A stretch of 59,183 nucleotides of DNA, filler included, from Jimgerdemannia flammicorona (lineage: Eukaryota), in assembly GCA_003990765.1 (NCBI GenBank). It is 2 parts of 2 records of this genome, joined end to end, with 100 filler letters (N's around TTAATTAATTAA, not from the genome) between each part and the next. Parts side by side here need not be neighbours in the genome. Positions count along the whole stretch, not along the records: positions 1 to 29,543 come from RBNJ01000490.1; 1 more part is not named here. One strand, written 5' to 3'. This document shows, one piece after another, positions 1 through 11,100 of this stretch (its first letter is position 1; the number at the start of each line of letters is the position of its first letter). The notes under the pieces were generated by a model. It did no database searches. It was not told the DNA's origin and saw only the letters and a program-made list of their open reading frames with translations. A program made the position numbers and the translations under genes.

Positions 1-110
1 TACGGATGGGCGGGGGTTGTGGATGGGGTGGGGGGTGCGGATAGGGAGTGGGTTACGGATGGGGAGGGGGTTGTGGATGGGGAGGGGGGTTGCGGATGGG
101 AGGTTACTAG
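1..110. repeat. G-rich degenerate tandem repeat (GGATGGGG-N-GGGGGTT units), truncated by the window edge
   Basis: Recurring 'ggatgggg...gggggttg' units with several G4-G6 runs. Confidence 0.6.
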
Positions 111-1290
111 GGGCCAAAGCGCCGGGGTGGGATAGGGCGGCGGGCGCTCAGAAATACAGCTGGTTTCCTTTTATCACCATATTATAGTTGTAATAAAATA
201 GAAATAATAAATTGAATGATAATAGCAACTAAAAATAATGTGTGCCTAAATGTCATGAGTGTCAGGTCGCGAGCAACTGTCTTAAAAATGACTGGACAAA
301 GCACGAATATCGGTATTTGCCTTTCACAATGTGAGCGAAATGTCGCATGACCGTCTTTATTGAAACAAAGTTGGCCTTCTCAAGGTCAGTTGATGCCCAG
401 CCGCAATTTATCAATCGGCCCCAATTCCAAGTTTTCGCGCCACATGCAAAATTTCATCCAACAGCAATTCGTCACACAGCACAAGAGTCATTGTTTGTGG
501 TCGTTTTGGGCGGCATGTAGCAATCACGGATCAAGAGTGATGCCTAATCGGTATACCAGCGCATTAAGAAAAAGAGGAGGAGGGCGGCAAGTCGAAGGGG
601 TCGGCGTAGAGGGGGTGATCCGGATGTGTTTGTTGATTTCAAGACGAAGCGTTATAAGATACGTGGAACCATATTCAAACGCACTTACTCGTCGTGGTTT
701 TTGGGTAATGCCGAGAGGTTACATTTTTTTTTTTTTTTTTTTTTTTTTTTGTTTTATCTTTAGATAGGCATTTGATAATATTTCATGTAGTTAAATATAT
801 GTATAAAATGAAATAAAATAAAACAAGATTATCGTATTTGCCAAGGCGACCACGTGGGCTCTTGGTCTGTGTCGTGACGGAATTCATAGTCAAATACCTG
901 TCGAACTCTTTGGCGAAGAAACCTGATTCAATTTATGGCTGCGCCACCTTCACAATGCCCCGAATCCCATCACTACGGCGCCGGATTCTAGAAGGTCATA
1001 CACATTTAGAAATATACTGCGCTCAATTGAGTTCATCACACAGAGAAAATTCGTCAAGGCCAAAGGGTAATCTCTAGTCCTGTGGCTATCTCCCAGTAAC
1101 GCTTTATCATTATGAGCGTATGCTTATGATTTTGGAGATGCAAACTCTCAACTCAGAATGAAAAAATCATAATTATCACTGATAGTGACCATTTTTCATC
1201 TCAGAACTCATTCCTTTCTTTGACATTGTCATAAGGGTGAGGTAGTTAAAGCAAACATAAATTACTTTATATCTATCTCTTTTGGGATAT

Positions 1291-2151
1291 TTTATTTTAT
1301 TTTATTTATTTATTTATTTATTTATTTTTTCTATAGGCTGTAGCCTCATTTATTAACTATCTATAACATGCCATATGTCCTCATACAACATCAGTAGCCC
1401 CATTCCACCCCAATCTCAACCCACCTTCACACTCACCCAGCCTTGTACCTTTAGAGTGTGAGTTGCGACCTCACTGTCTGAGTAACTAGATCCTCCTACT
1501 TGGTCTGCCTCACTCAGTGGGTATGGGTTGTGAGCCCCAACCACCTCAAGTACTTGGCATCTAGTGCACCTGACCTACCCCTATTAGTGCCTCCTGTCTT
1601 GCCCATCTAGCCTGTCTTGCCCATCTTGCCTGCCCATATTGCCTATGTTGCCCATGTTATCATCTTGCCATCTTGCCTGTCTTGCCCATCTTGCCTGTCT
1701 TGCCCATCTTGCCTGCCTGTGTTTCCTGTGTTACCCGTGTTGCCCATTTTGCCCGTTTTGCCCATCTTGCCCATGTCACCTGTCTTGCTGTCTGCCCATC
1801 TTGCCCATGTCGCCCATCTTGCTATCTTGCCCATCTTGCCCATCTTGCCTGTCTTGCTCACCCATATTGCCCATGTTACTCATGTTGCATGTATTGCCCA
1901 TGTTGCCCATTTTGCCCATTTTGTCTGTTTTTTCCATCTTGCCCATGTTGCCTGTCTTGCCATCTGCCCATCTTGCCTAGGTTACCCATCTTGCTGTCTT
2001 GCCATCTTGCCCATCTTGCCCATCTTGCCTGTCTTACCTGTCTTACCTATCTTGCCTGTCTTGCCTGTCTTGCCCATATTGCCTGTCTTGTCATCTTGCC
2101 ATCTTGCCCATCTTGCCCATCTTGCCTGTATTGCCCATGTTGTCTGTGTTC
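1291..2151 (-). mobile_element. Polyadenylated retro-insertion carrying a 9-bp minisatellite
   Basis: T-rich tail at 1291-1330 (A-rich on minus), with a minus-strand AATAAA about 20 nt upstream of it. TGGGATATTTTATTT occurs at both 1283-1297 and 2152-2166 (candidate TSD). Confidence 0.5.
1593..2150. repeat. 9-bp minisatellite (CTTGCCCAT/CTTGCCTGT)n
   Basis: Directly visible tandem array. It explains the LPILPI, PSCPSC and MGKMGK ORFs in all frames. Confidence 0.95.
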
Positions 2152-2846
2152 TGGGATATTTTATTTATCACTTCTGCTCCAAAGGTTTCTGCAAATAGCT
2201 ATAAATGCCAATTGGCAAGGTAAATGTCTTCCTTAACATGGGCTTACTTCATATCTTTTAACATCAAATTGTTATCCATGATGTGTGTCCTCCTCATCAT
2301 GGGATCTGGTGTTGTTAGATTTATAAGACAAGTTGGTGGCATCAGTGATGGTCTTTATGCAAGAGAGGGTGAATCGGAGCACAACTTAATGCTCGAAACA
2401 TTCCCAGTGTACTGGCAAAAAAAAAAAAAAGATGAGATTCCTTATCCTTTTTATTGTATTTGCTATAGTATTTTTGTAGAATACTGATCATATATTGTCA
2501 ACGTGGATCACAGTTATATGAATATCAGCCTACAATCATATTGATTTATGAATACAAATACCATTTACTTGCTCTTCGGGAAAATATATGTGACGGGAGT
2601 GGAAATATTCGTACAGCTCCGAGACATAATACTAGATCTTGTAAATCGTGTTAATTGTAAAAAATTAAATAGAAAAGTCAAGTGTATTGTGATAGTGATA
2701 CTTGCCATGTTACAGGGTGACGTTTTATGAAACTCCTCCTATGTTAATAGTCGTATATCTGTACCAAGAAGTCTGAATTTACATTAGTGTAAATATGTGC
2801 ATTGATGCTTAATCGTCTTACCCAAGGATGTGCAATGTATCTATAG

Positions 2847-4199
2847 TGTGATGAGCACATAATATAACATAGCCAGATGATGTGAAATTTCAGCATAGCA
2901 TAGGTACTCATGACTGCCACACTTATAATTAGCCAGGATACTGAATCAGGGTTGTTTATCTGTGTCCTGAGGACACACCTGTGTCCATCAGACACACTCA
3001 TGTCCTGCAGACACACTTATGTCCTATGGACACATCCAAACATTACCAGAGATGGTAAATCTATAATTATCCAGATAGCAACCAGATAGCAACCACAATG
3101 TATAAAAAACCCCAGAGACAAGAGTGAATAAACCTCAGTCTGAATTGAAGTACAAACTAATGAAGCCTCTAAAGATTGAGCATTGGTCCCCTTTTCCCAC
3201 TCCAGTCCACTTTCCGATACAAAGAACAAGTTTGCTTGCCAGATAAGCCTGAAGAAATCCACCAAGTTCAAGGAAGAACTTTGCTGCCATTTGAGAAACC
3301 CACCGCTCAAGGAATAAGCTGCTGTATTTTGGTATGCTTGCCAGACTAAGCATGAAGAATCTGAGTTTGCTGCCAAGTTCAAGTGAAGGACTTCGCCACC
3401 ATTTCCAGGGAGCCCACTATAACGAACCTTGCCACAAAGCCAGTCTGTTGATGCAACTTTGCAGTAGAGTTAGTCTAATGAAATAACTCCATGCAAACGA
3501 AGCCAGTCTTGATGCAACTTTGCTCAAGAAACACACCATTCCCAGAGAGCCGCTGATTCAGGAAGAATCCGTGACATCCGAGTCATCTGAGTTATCCAAG
3601 TTATCCGAGTTATTGAATTATCCGTCCTCCGAGTTATCTGAATTATCCATGCCATGCAGGTTATTCATCGGTTCTCAGTGAGAATAATCCGCGCTACCCT
3701 CTATTCCCAGAAACCTGCCGATTCAGGAGAATCCACACCAAAATCGAGTCATCCATCAAACCCGCATAAGGAATACTGCCAAGATTGTCACGCCAAGATC
3801 ATTATGCAGAAATCGCATTCTTTTGGAAACAAGATTGTCATTCCGAAATCGCATAAGGAAACCCGTCGTGCTACACAGAGATTGCCGCCACTCAAGAAGG
3901 AAACCGCCAAATTGCCAGACCATCATGCATAAGAAGATCATTGTGCTATACAGAGATCATCGTGCTACACAGAGAATGTCATACAAATCGCCTGTACCAC
4001 ACACAAATCACCACTACACCCAAGAACTCATCTCAATAAGGAAATTGCCAGAATTGCTCGCAGATATTCAGCTTTGACTATTATACCACTAAATACCAAG
4101 AACATTTTGTTGCTTTTTGACAAAGTAACTGGGGGCTCAAGCCAAACTACATTAACCCCCAACCTTGTAATTTGCTTCCATTGAGCTGGGCACATTACA
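2847..4199 (+). mobile_element. 5' LTR (~1.35 kb) of Ty3/Gypsy element A
   Basis: Begins TGTGA and ends ...CACATTACA. Contains TATAAA (~3101) and AATAAA (~3127). Colinear with 25620-26985. The left boundary is approximate. Confidence 0.75.
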
Positions 4200-4201
4200 T
4201 T

Positions 4202-4220
4202 TGGGGGCTCAACTGGGAAT
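4202..4220 (+). promoter_or_regulatory. Primer-binding site complementary to the tRNA-Pro 3' end
   Basis: TGGGGGCTCAACTGGGAAT lies 2 nt after the LTR end. It has the same TGGGGGCTC start as the established tRNA-Pro PBS of MLV. Confidence 0.7.
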
Positions 4221-4229
4221 ATTTCAAAT

Positions 4230-7200
4230 TGACATGACTTTTTAGCTCACAAGAATCCACAGTCAAACTAGATACATTTGATACAACACCAATCTCTGCT
4301 ACCACAGGAGAACCAGTCATCACCAGCATTTGGACAGGAAGAGAAGTAATTACCTCCAGACTTGCCAACTACCTAGCATCAGAAGGATCTCAACCAGAAG
4401 CTAGTACAGCCTGAAATCCTCAACCAGATCAACCAGGCAATATGGGCAGCCCTGTTGGAAACTTTGAAGAACTTGCACAAGAACTAGAAGATCTTATTAT
4501 ACAAGCCTGGCATCCTGCAGCAAGATACCCCAGAGAGGTCCCACCAATCTCATCAATTGAACCTTCACCACAAGCCCTTACAGAATTGGAAGTAGCTCCT
4601 TCAAGAATACCTAGGCTCATTCCACTTCATCCAAGGTCCATAACATCATCCTCAAGATACCCAAGCACCCCCATCTCTAGTAATAGTTCAGAAAGTGAAT
4701 CAGAGTCAGAATCCGAATCAGAATCTGGACCAGAACCAGAATCAGAAGAAAGTGATGATGAAATGACCACTCTATTGCCAACCTTCACAGGATATTCAGA
4801 GGAAGATCCTAGAGAATTCCTTGATGGAATTGAGAGAATTGCAGCTCTGAGAAATCTCTCAGATGAAAGGAAAATTGCCATCTACAAGACCCAGCTCAGA
4901 GAACTAGTCAGAGGAATTTTCCACTAAGCAGCAAATGACCTACATTCAGAACTTGCAGCAGAAATATAAGCAGCAGTATCTTACCAGCTGGAATGTATAG
5001 CCATAGTCTACTGGCTCATTGAAAAATATACAGAAAATGAAACCTGCCACAAGGCTCAAGAATCCATCATGGGAATAAAGATAAATCTTAGAGAATCACC
5101 CAGAGCCTTCTTCACAAGAATTTAGAAGAGAATGCATACAGCTGGGTTCAATGCCACCAACTAAGACATCATAGGTCCAATGACCTTCATGAATGAAATT
5201 CCTCCAAACATTGCTCAGTATGTCCACACTCTAGATATCAAAAGATCTGAAGAGTAAGTAGATGCAGCTCAAGAATTCTTTGATATCAGACAAGAAACTG
5301 CCTGAAGTGATCATAATAAGAAGGATAACAAAGAAGACATCCTGACCAAAGCTCTAAAAGGACTCCTTCAAGGACAGGAGAGATCCAAAGAAAGAAGGCC
5401 AGTCAAAGAAGAAAAGAAGGACAGAAGTAAAATTCAAGACCTCAGTTTGAAGTTGGACTGATTGGTTGGACAGATTGAAAAACTTACCATATATAAAAAT
5501 TAGAGCTATTAAGATAACAGAGGATATCTACTACAAAGGAGCCAAGATTATCCACCTCAGGATAATAGGAACTACATACCAGCAAGAAGAAAAAAGAGAT
5601 ACTCTGTTCAAGACAGAGCTCAAGTCCAATGCTTCCACTGTAGACAATTAAGATACTATGCTACTGAATATGATAACAAAAGGTGTGACAAAAGGGATTC
5701 AGAACTACCAAATCAAAGGAATGAAATCCAGTACAAGAAAACTGAACCACATCCTGTTGAAGACTTTGAAGAAGAAAGCAACAGTGAAGACTACAGTGAC
5801 CTGGACTTGTATCTAGCCTAAGTCACTACCCAAAGACAGTCTACAAAGCAGAGAAGAGAAAGAGATCTGTAGGAAGACCATCCAGGAATATCAGCAGAAG
5901 AATCCAAGAGAAAGATGAAGAATATAAAGAGGAGCAAGTAGAAACACCTCCCTGGTCTCTCTCTCCTTTTGTCTTCAAGACAAATGAGCTGCCCCAGAGG
6001 ATGAAAAAATGGAACAAGAAGAACAGAAACCTACTGCCCTAAAGCCCAAGAAGAAGTACACCCCAAAGACCATATCCAGAGATATCTACAATGAAGTCTG
6101 GCAGAAGATTCAAGAAGCCAAGATAGAAGTCCCTCTTCTGCAGTTCCTGTAACTAACACCAGCTAGAGTCTGAAAAAAATTACTGAGGATCACTAGATCT
6201 AGCACTGGCTGAGTCTCAGTCCCACAGCAAGAGTCAGCCCCCACCTCTATCCAGACTGCAGAGAGTCATATCAGCACCTACCTACAAAGAGATATTAGAG
6301 AACAAAAGGCAAAAATCCTCATAAATATAGGAGCAGCTATCTGTCTCATTGTCAAATAATTCCTGGATACCCTCTAATGGCCAATTGATGGACTATCCAA
6401 TCTCAGCATCATAGTAGCAGATGGAGCTCGAACCCAACCCCTTGGAGAAGTATGAAACATCACTATCTCTCTTGGACATATTTAGTTCTCTATCCCAAAA
6501 GCTGTTATCACTGAAGCTGTCACCTATGATATAATTCTTAGCACCAACTGGATGAAGGAAATGAATGCAGTTGTCGATATTGGCCAATAGGTACTCAAGT
6601 TTGACTACTGAGGCAAGAAGTACAGAGTTAAGATAACTAGCTATGAGCAATTAAAGAAGAGGAAGAAGGTCACTATCCAGGAAGAATATGCTAGCAGTGA
6701 AGAGTCTACCACAGAAGAAGAAGAAGAATCTGAAGATAGAAATGATCCCAGACTCCATCCCCAAATCAACCTAGTAGATAATAGGCCAGAAGATAATGTG
6801 TGGACTAGGAACACTGTCCCCATCACAATTGGAGCCATTGTAGGAGAAATTAAAGGATGCCCTATCTGTCTCAAGAGACACAAGTGCCCCAAGCACTCCT
6901 CCAAGATCATTAGGACAAGGAAATTACCTGGCACAGCCTGCCCTAAGTGCAGAAGAAAAATGAAAAAATGCAGATATGTTCCAGAAACACCTGCAGCCGA
7001 AGCTGCAGAAGTACAAGCAATCTGGGATCAAGAATTATCAGAGGAAGAAGCAACCTCTGAACAGGAGGTTTCTGAACAAGAAGTACCTGAAGAAGAAGAG
7101 GTCTCCAAGCTCATTCTCTGGGATAATCCTCATGGATACTATCTGAAGATAATGACCCCTGGAATATTGAAGAAGGACTCAGTATAATCTCCATTATTCC

Positions 7201-7400
7201 TAAGCAAGAAACTAACCAAGAAAGAGCCTTTTGGCTAGAAAGATATCCACATCAAATTATCTTCTATTCTCCCTGAGACTACTGCTATTAGTGCCATCTG
7301 TTAGATCAATAAAAAAGACAGAGACCCTGGAGATTAGAACTCCCCACCACAGTTGCACAGTCAACCATCTTCTAAGAAGTTACCACCAAGTTGCAAAGCT
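4230..7400 (+). pseudogene. Decayed Ty3/Gypsy gag-protease ORF of element A with a Cys-rich/acidic extension; no RT seen
   Basis: Gag 'LPTFTGYSEEDPREFLDGIE', a zinc-knuckle relic at ~5628-5670, and protease relics 'ILINIGAA' (from DTG) and 'DIILSTNWM'. Many stops. Homologous to 27010-29543. Confidence 0.85.
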
Positions 7401-7409
7401 GATTTAGAG

Positions 7410-9270
7410 GACAAGTAGTGGGGTTCTGTTCGTCTTGCCAGAGGTTATATTATTGTCTAAATAGTGATAGAAGTTGAATTTATCCCTTGGATGATCTGAT
7501 TGAATTCCCCAATTGTTATCTTTCTCTTGTTCTAGAAGATATGGCTGATAGTTTTCTTCTCCTTCAGATACTTCAAAATATACTTAGACCAGTAGTGTGG
7601 CTTAAGTAATAATAGTGGTAATGTTGTTACTTCTTTCTAAATCTCTTCTGTAGTTTAGAGTTTGATATTCTTCAGAAAAATCTTCTTCTCAATCTAGGCC
7701 TTGGGTCTAGATGAGTTTGGATTGTCCTCTGAGGCATCTTATTTCTTTTGAGGTTAAACTGTAATCTGTATCACTTCTTTCTTCTGATTCAGTTCTCTGA
7801 CTACTGATCCTAAACAGAGTAAGAGCTGTCCTAACAATAGTGTGGACTTCTCTTTCTGAAGTGGGTTATTGCTGGTTCTGGTCTTGTTGCTGGCTAGTTT
7901 CTCCTGAATTCTTCACTGTAGATGGCTGCTGGGTTCTTGAGCCAAATGGTCAAGTCTTTAGAAAACTTTTCCAGTAGAGTCTCCAAAATGTAGTATGCAA
8001 TTTATATGTCTTAGATTGCTGATATTTATAGCTCAATGTGCTACTGAATATTTATATTCTACTTATATCTTTACTAATAAAATTCTTGCTAAATACTCAC
8101 TTTGCTGCTGTTTGAATTGATGTCATATTGAAGTTTATATGTCTTAAGTCATTAATCATATGATAGGTTGTTAGGAATAGCAGAGAAGTCAGTAATGGTT
8201 TTCACAGATTCTCTATGATCCTTAGCAGTCTAGTATATCCTTGGATTGTTCTGGAGTTTCTTGGGTCTTGTACCCAATTTCAGAGGTTCATGGCAGTCTT
8301 TAACTTGACTGACTTGTGAGTTTCATAATGATTTTCAGTGATCTTGTATCTAATTTCTGTAGTGGTAGAAGTTTATGGTATCTGATTTCTGTGGGGTTCC
8401 ATGGTGGCATTAACTGACTTGTATGTTGAATGAAGTGGTTTTGACTTGTATCTTGAGTTGTATGATGATTTTCCAAGGTAGCAGCAATAATATTACTTTA
8501 GCTCTTAGAGTCTTTTCTCAAAGTTCTTATACTTAAACTTAAGTTGGTATTGCAAACCAATTGACTCATATCTTAAAACCACAGTCTTGATCTTATATCT
8601 TGAGTTCCTTGGGTCATAATCTGATTTCCAAGGGTTTCTATAATAGTGATTTTAACTGAAAGACTTATATCTTAGGTTCTAGAGTTCTTGTATCTGATTT
8701 TTATAGTGACAGTAGCAAGAGTAAATTCTTCAACTCTTGGAGTCTTTTCTAAAGTTCTTACTCTCAACTTTCTTTGTCTTTCAGAACTTAAGTTGGTATT
8801 GCAAACCAATTGACTCATTTGTAAATTGTGCTTGAGTTCTCTGTAGGTCTTAATTTCCAATTTCTGAGGTAGCAGTAATGGTAGTGGTAAGAGTAAATTC
8901 TTTAACTCTTGGAGTCTTTTCCCAAAGTTCTTACATTCAACTTCTCTTGTCTTCAGAACTGAAGTTGGTATTGCAAACCAATTGACTGTGGTTTATTCAC
9001 TACAGATCAGGGGGTATTTAAACAGATTTCAGATTATGTATAAGACTAGGTAATTAGTTGTAATATATAAATACTAGAAGATACTATTTACCATACTTTT
9101 GGAATTCAGGTGACTAACTAACTAGATAAGGCTAATTTATATTTGTGATAAATTTGGCTAGTTAATATGCAACTACTATTTATACAACTAATTAGCTTAC
9201 TGAATTTGGCCAATAGAGCTATTGCTCATATATCTAAAAATTCAATATGACTGGGATTATGTTATTCTCA
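7410..9270 (-). mobile_element. Reverse-oriented LTR-like segment plus a decayed ORF fragment from another retroelement
   Basis: The minus strand starts TGAGAA and has TTTAAATACCCC followed by GTGAATAAACC (~9020-8990), the same layout as other LTRs here. Contains three copies of AAGTTGGTATTGCAAACCAATTGACT and purine-rich coding-like sequence at 8130-7410. Confidence 0.45.
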
Positions 9271-9592
9271 TCCTCCTTCTCATTTTCTTTAGTGAGTCTA
9301 GCTAAATAATATTCTGCATTCCTCAGAAAGTTATTGAGGTCATCTTCTAGTAAGATAAGTAGCTCACCACTATTCTCTAAGTTATCTGAGAGAGTGATAT
9401 CATTAAGGAGTATAAGATCATTCTGCCCTTGAGATCTCTAGTCAATAGTGATATTATCTACAAAGTAGAGGATATTTGTGGAATTCTGAGAGAGGCAGAC
9501 TCTCAAGGAAGGATCTTGAAATAGTACCTATGAGTATTGAAATAATGACTAAAGAATAATCTGAGAGTAGACCATTCTTTAGTGGGGGCTAA

Positions 9593-10720
9593 TGTGATAA
9601 GTCAGCAGAAAAATATATAAAGTCACTATCTGAATTAGTCACTATAATTTAGTCATATATCATATCAAGTATACTAGGTAACCAGGATTGCCATACTGTA
9701 GAAACTTATATAAATAACCCAAATAGCTAAAGAAGAAGATATTACAGACCTTGAAGGTTATTGTTAAATCCTGAAGTTTATCTTAAGACCTTGCAGGTCA
9801 ATCTGATACTGTGAAGGTTATCTCTTCCCATATATAGTAATACATAGTTACCCATATAGTAACCAGAGAACAACCAATCTATATAAAATACCCTAGAGAT
9901 AAGTGTGAATAAACCTTAGTTCAAAACACAAACTAAAGCAAAAGTCAATTATCTGATATACTTAGAAGGAGAAATCTGCCAATGAGCTATTGTTAAGAAG
10001 TTATAAGCTTTGTCTTTTCCACTCTTGTCCACTTTCTGATATAATGAGTGAGTTCTAATTCAAGAGTATTTACTGTTCAAGTTTGATTGAAAAACTTTAC
10101 CACTATTTGAGTAATCTGCTACTTAAGGAAAGATACTATTTTTAAGAAGAAGTCTACTATAGAAATATTACTACAAAGTAAGTCTATTGGATGCAACTTC
10201 ACAGTGAAGCCAGTCTCTTTTGATATAACTTCTTACAAATAAAGCCAGTCACTAATGTAACTTTATCTAAGATGTCTACTAATTTAGAAAGAATCTGCAT
10301 TATTAAGTTATCAAGTTATTCACTATTTGAGTTGTCTAAGTTATCTGTACCATCAGAGTTATTATTCAAGAAGTCTATAAATTTAGAAGAATCTATGCCA
10401 AAACTAAGTTATCTATCAATCTGCTGCCTAATACAGAATATTGCTAATTTTCTAAATTATACCAGATTGCTAAGATCATTATATCAGAATTCATATAAGG
10501 AGTCTACTTATACTATATAAGATCATCAGACAGAAGTTATATAAGGAATCTACTCATACTATACAAGATTGTCAAATACAAATTGCCACTACACCCAAGA
10601 ACTATCTCAATAAGAAAATTATCAAAATTGATCATTATATCCAGACTTGACAATTATATTACTAAATATCAATAAGAAATCTTAGAACATTTTATTGCTT
10701 TTTAACCAAGTAACTGAGAG
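9593..10720 (+). mobile_element. Decayed 3' LTR of the element A/B family, preceded by a polypurine tract
   Basis: PPT-like AGTGGGGG at 9581-9588, then TGTGA. Contains TATAAAATACCC...GTGAATAAACC. The 3' part ('agaacattttattgctttttaaccaagtaactg') matches the LTRs at 2847 and 25620. Confidence 0.7.
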
Positions 10721-11100
10721 CATATATAATCTTTTTGTAATGATATAAGTAGAGTTGTCAATGAACAGAAAGGTAGTTGCTTGGCTTTGCTAAGAGTTGT
10801 ATTTTGATAGATATGTTATCTAATCTTATAGTATTTTTTCAATTCTTATTAGTAGTAAAAGATTTGAAAATAGTGAATTCTTTTAAAATATTGACAGAGA
10901 GTGGTAGTGTAGAGATTTATTAGTATATTTGATAGCTATAAGAATAACTACAGTTGGTCTATTCTTGATGTTATTGTTAGTAATATATACTGTGGTAGAT
11001 TATTTTGTAATATTTATACTTCTCTTTATCAGAAGAATGACTATCTTTTCAAAATTTCATTGAAATTTCCATTATATAAGATATCTTTGTTAGATAACTG

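Noticed and set aside
1617..2236. Cys-rich, metallothionein-like and LPILP ORFs
   Set aside because: By-products of a 9-bp tandem repeat that is open in several frames.
2847..10720. LTRs at 2847 and 9593 as the matched pair of one insertion
   Set aside because: Their U3 regions differ and the 9593 LTR looks closer to element B's LTR. No TSD was found, so pairing is unproven.
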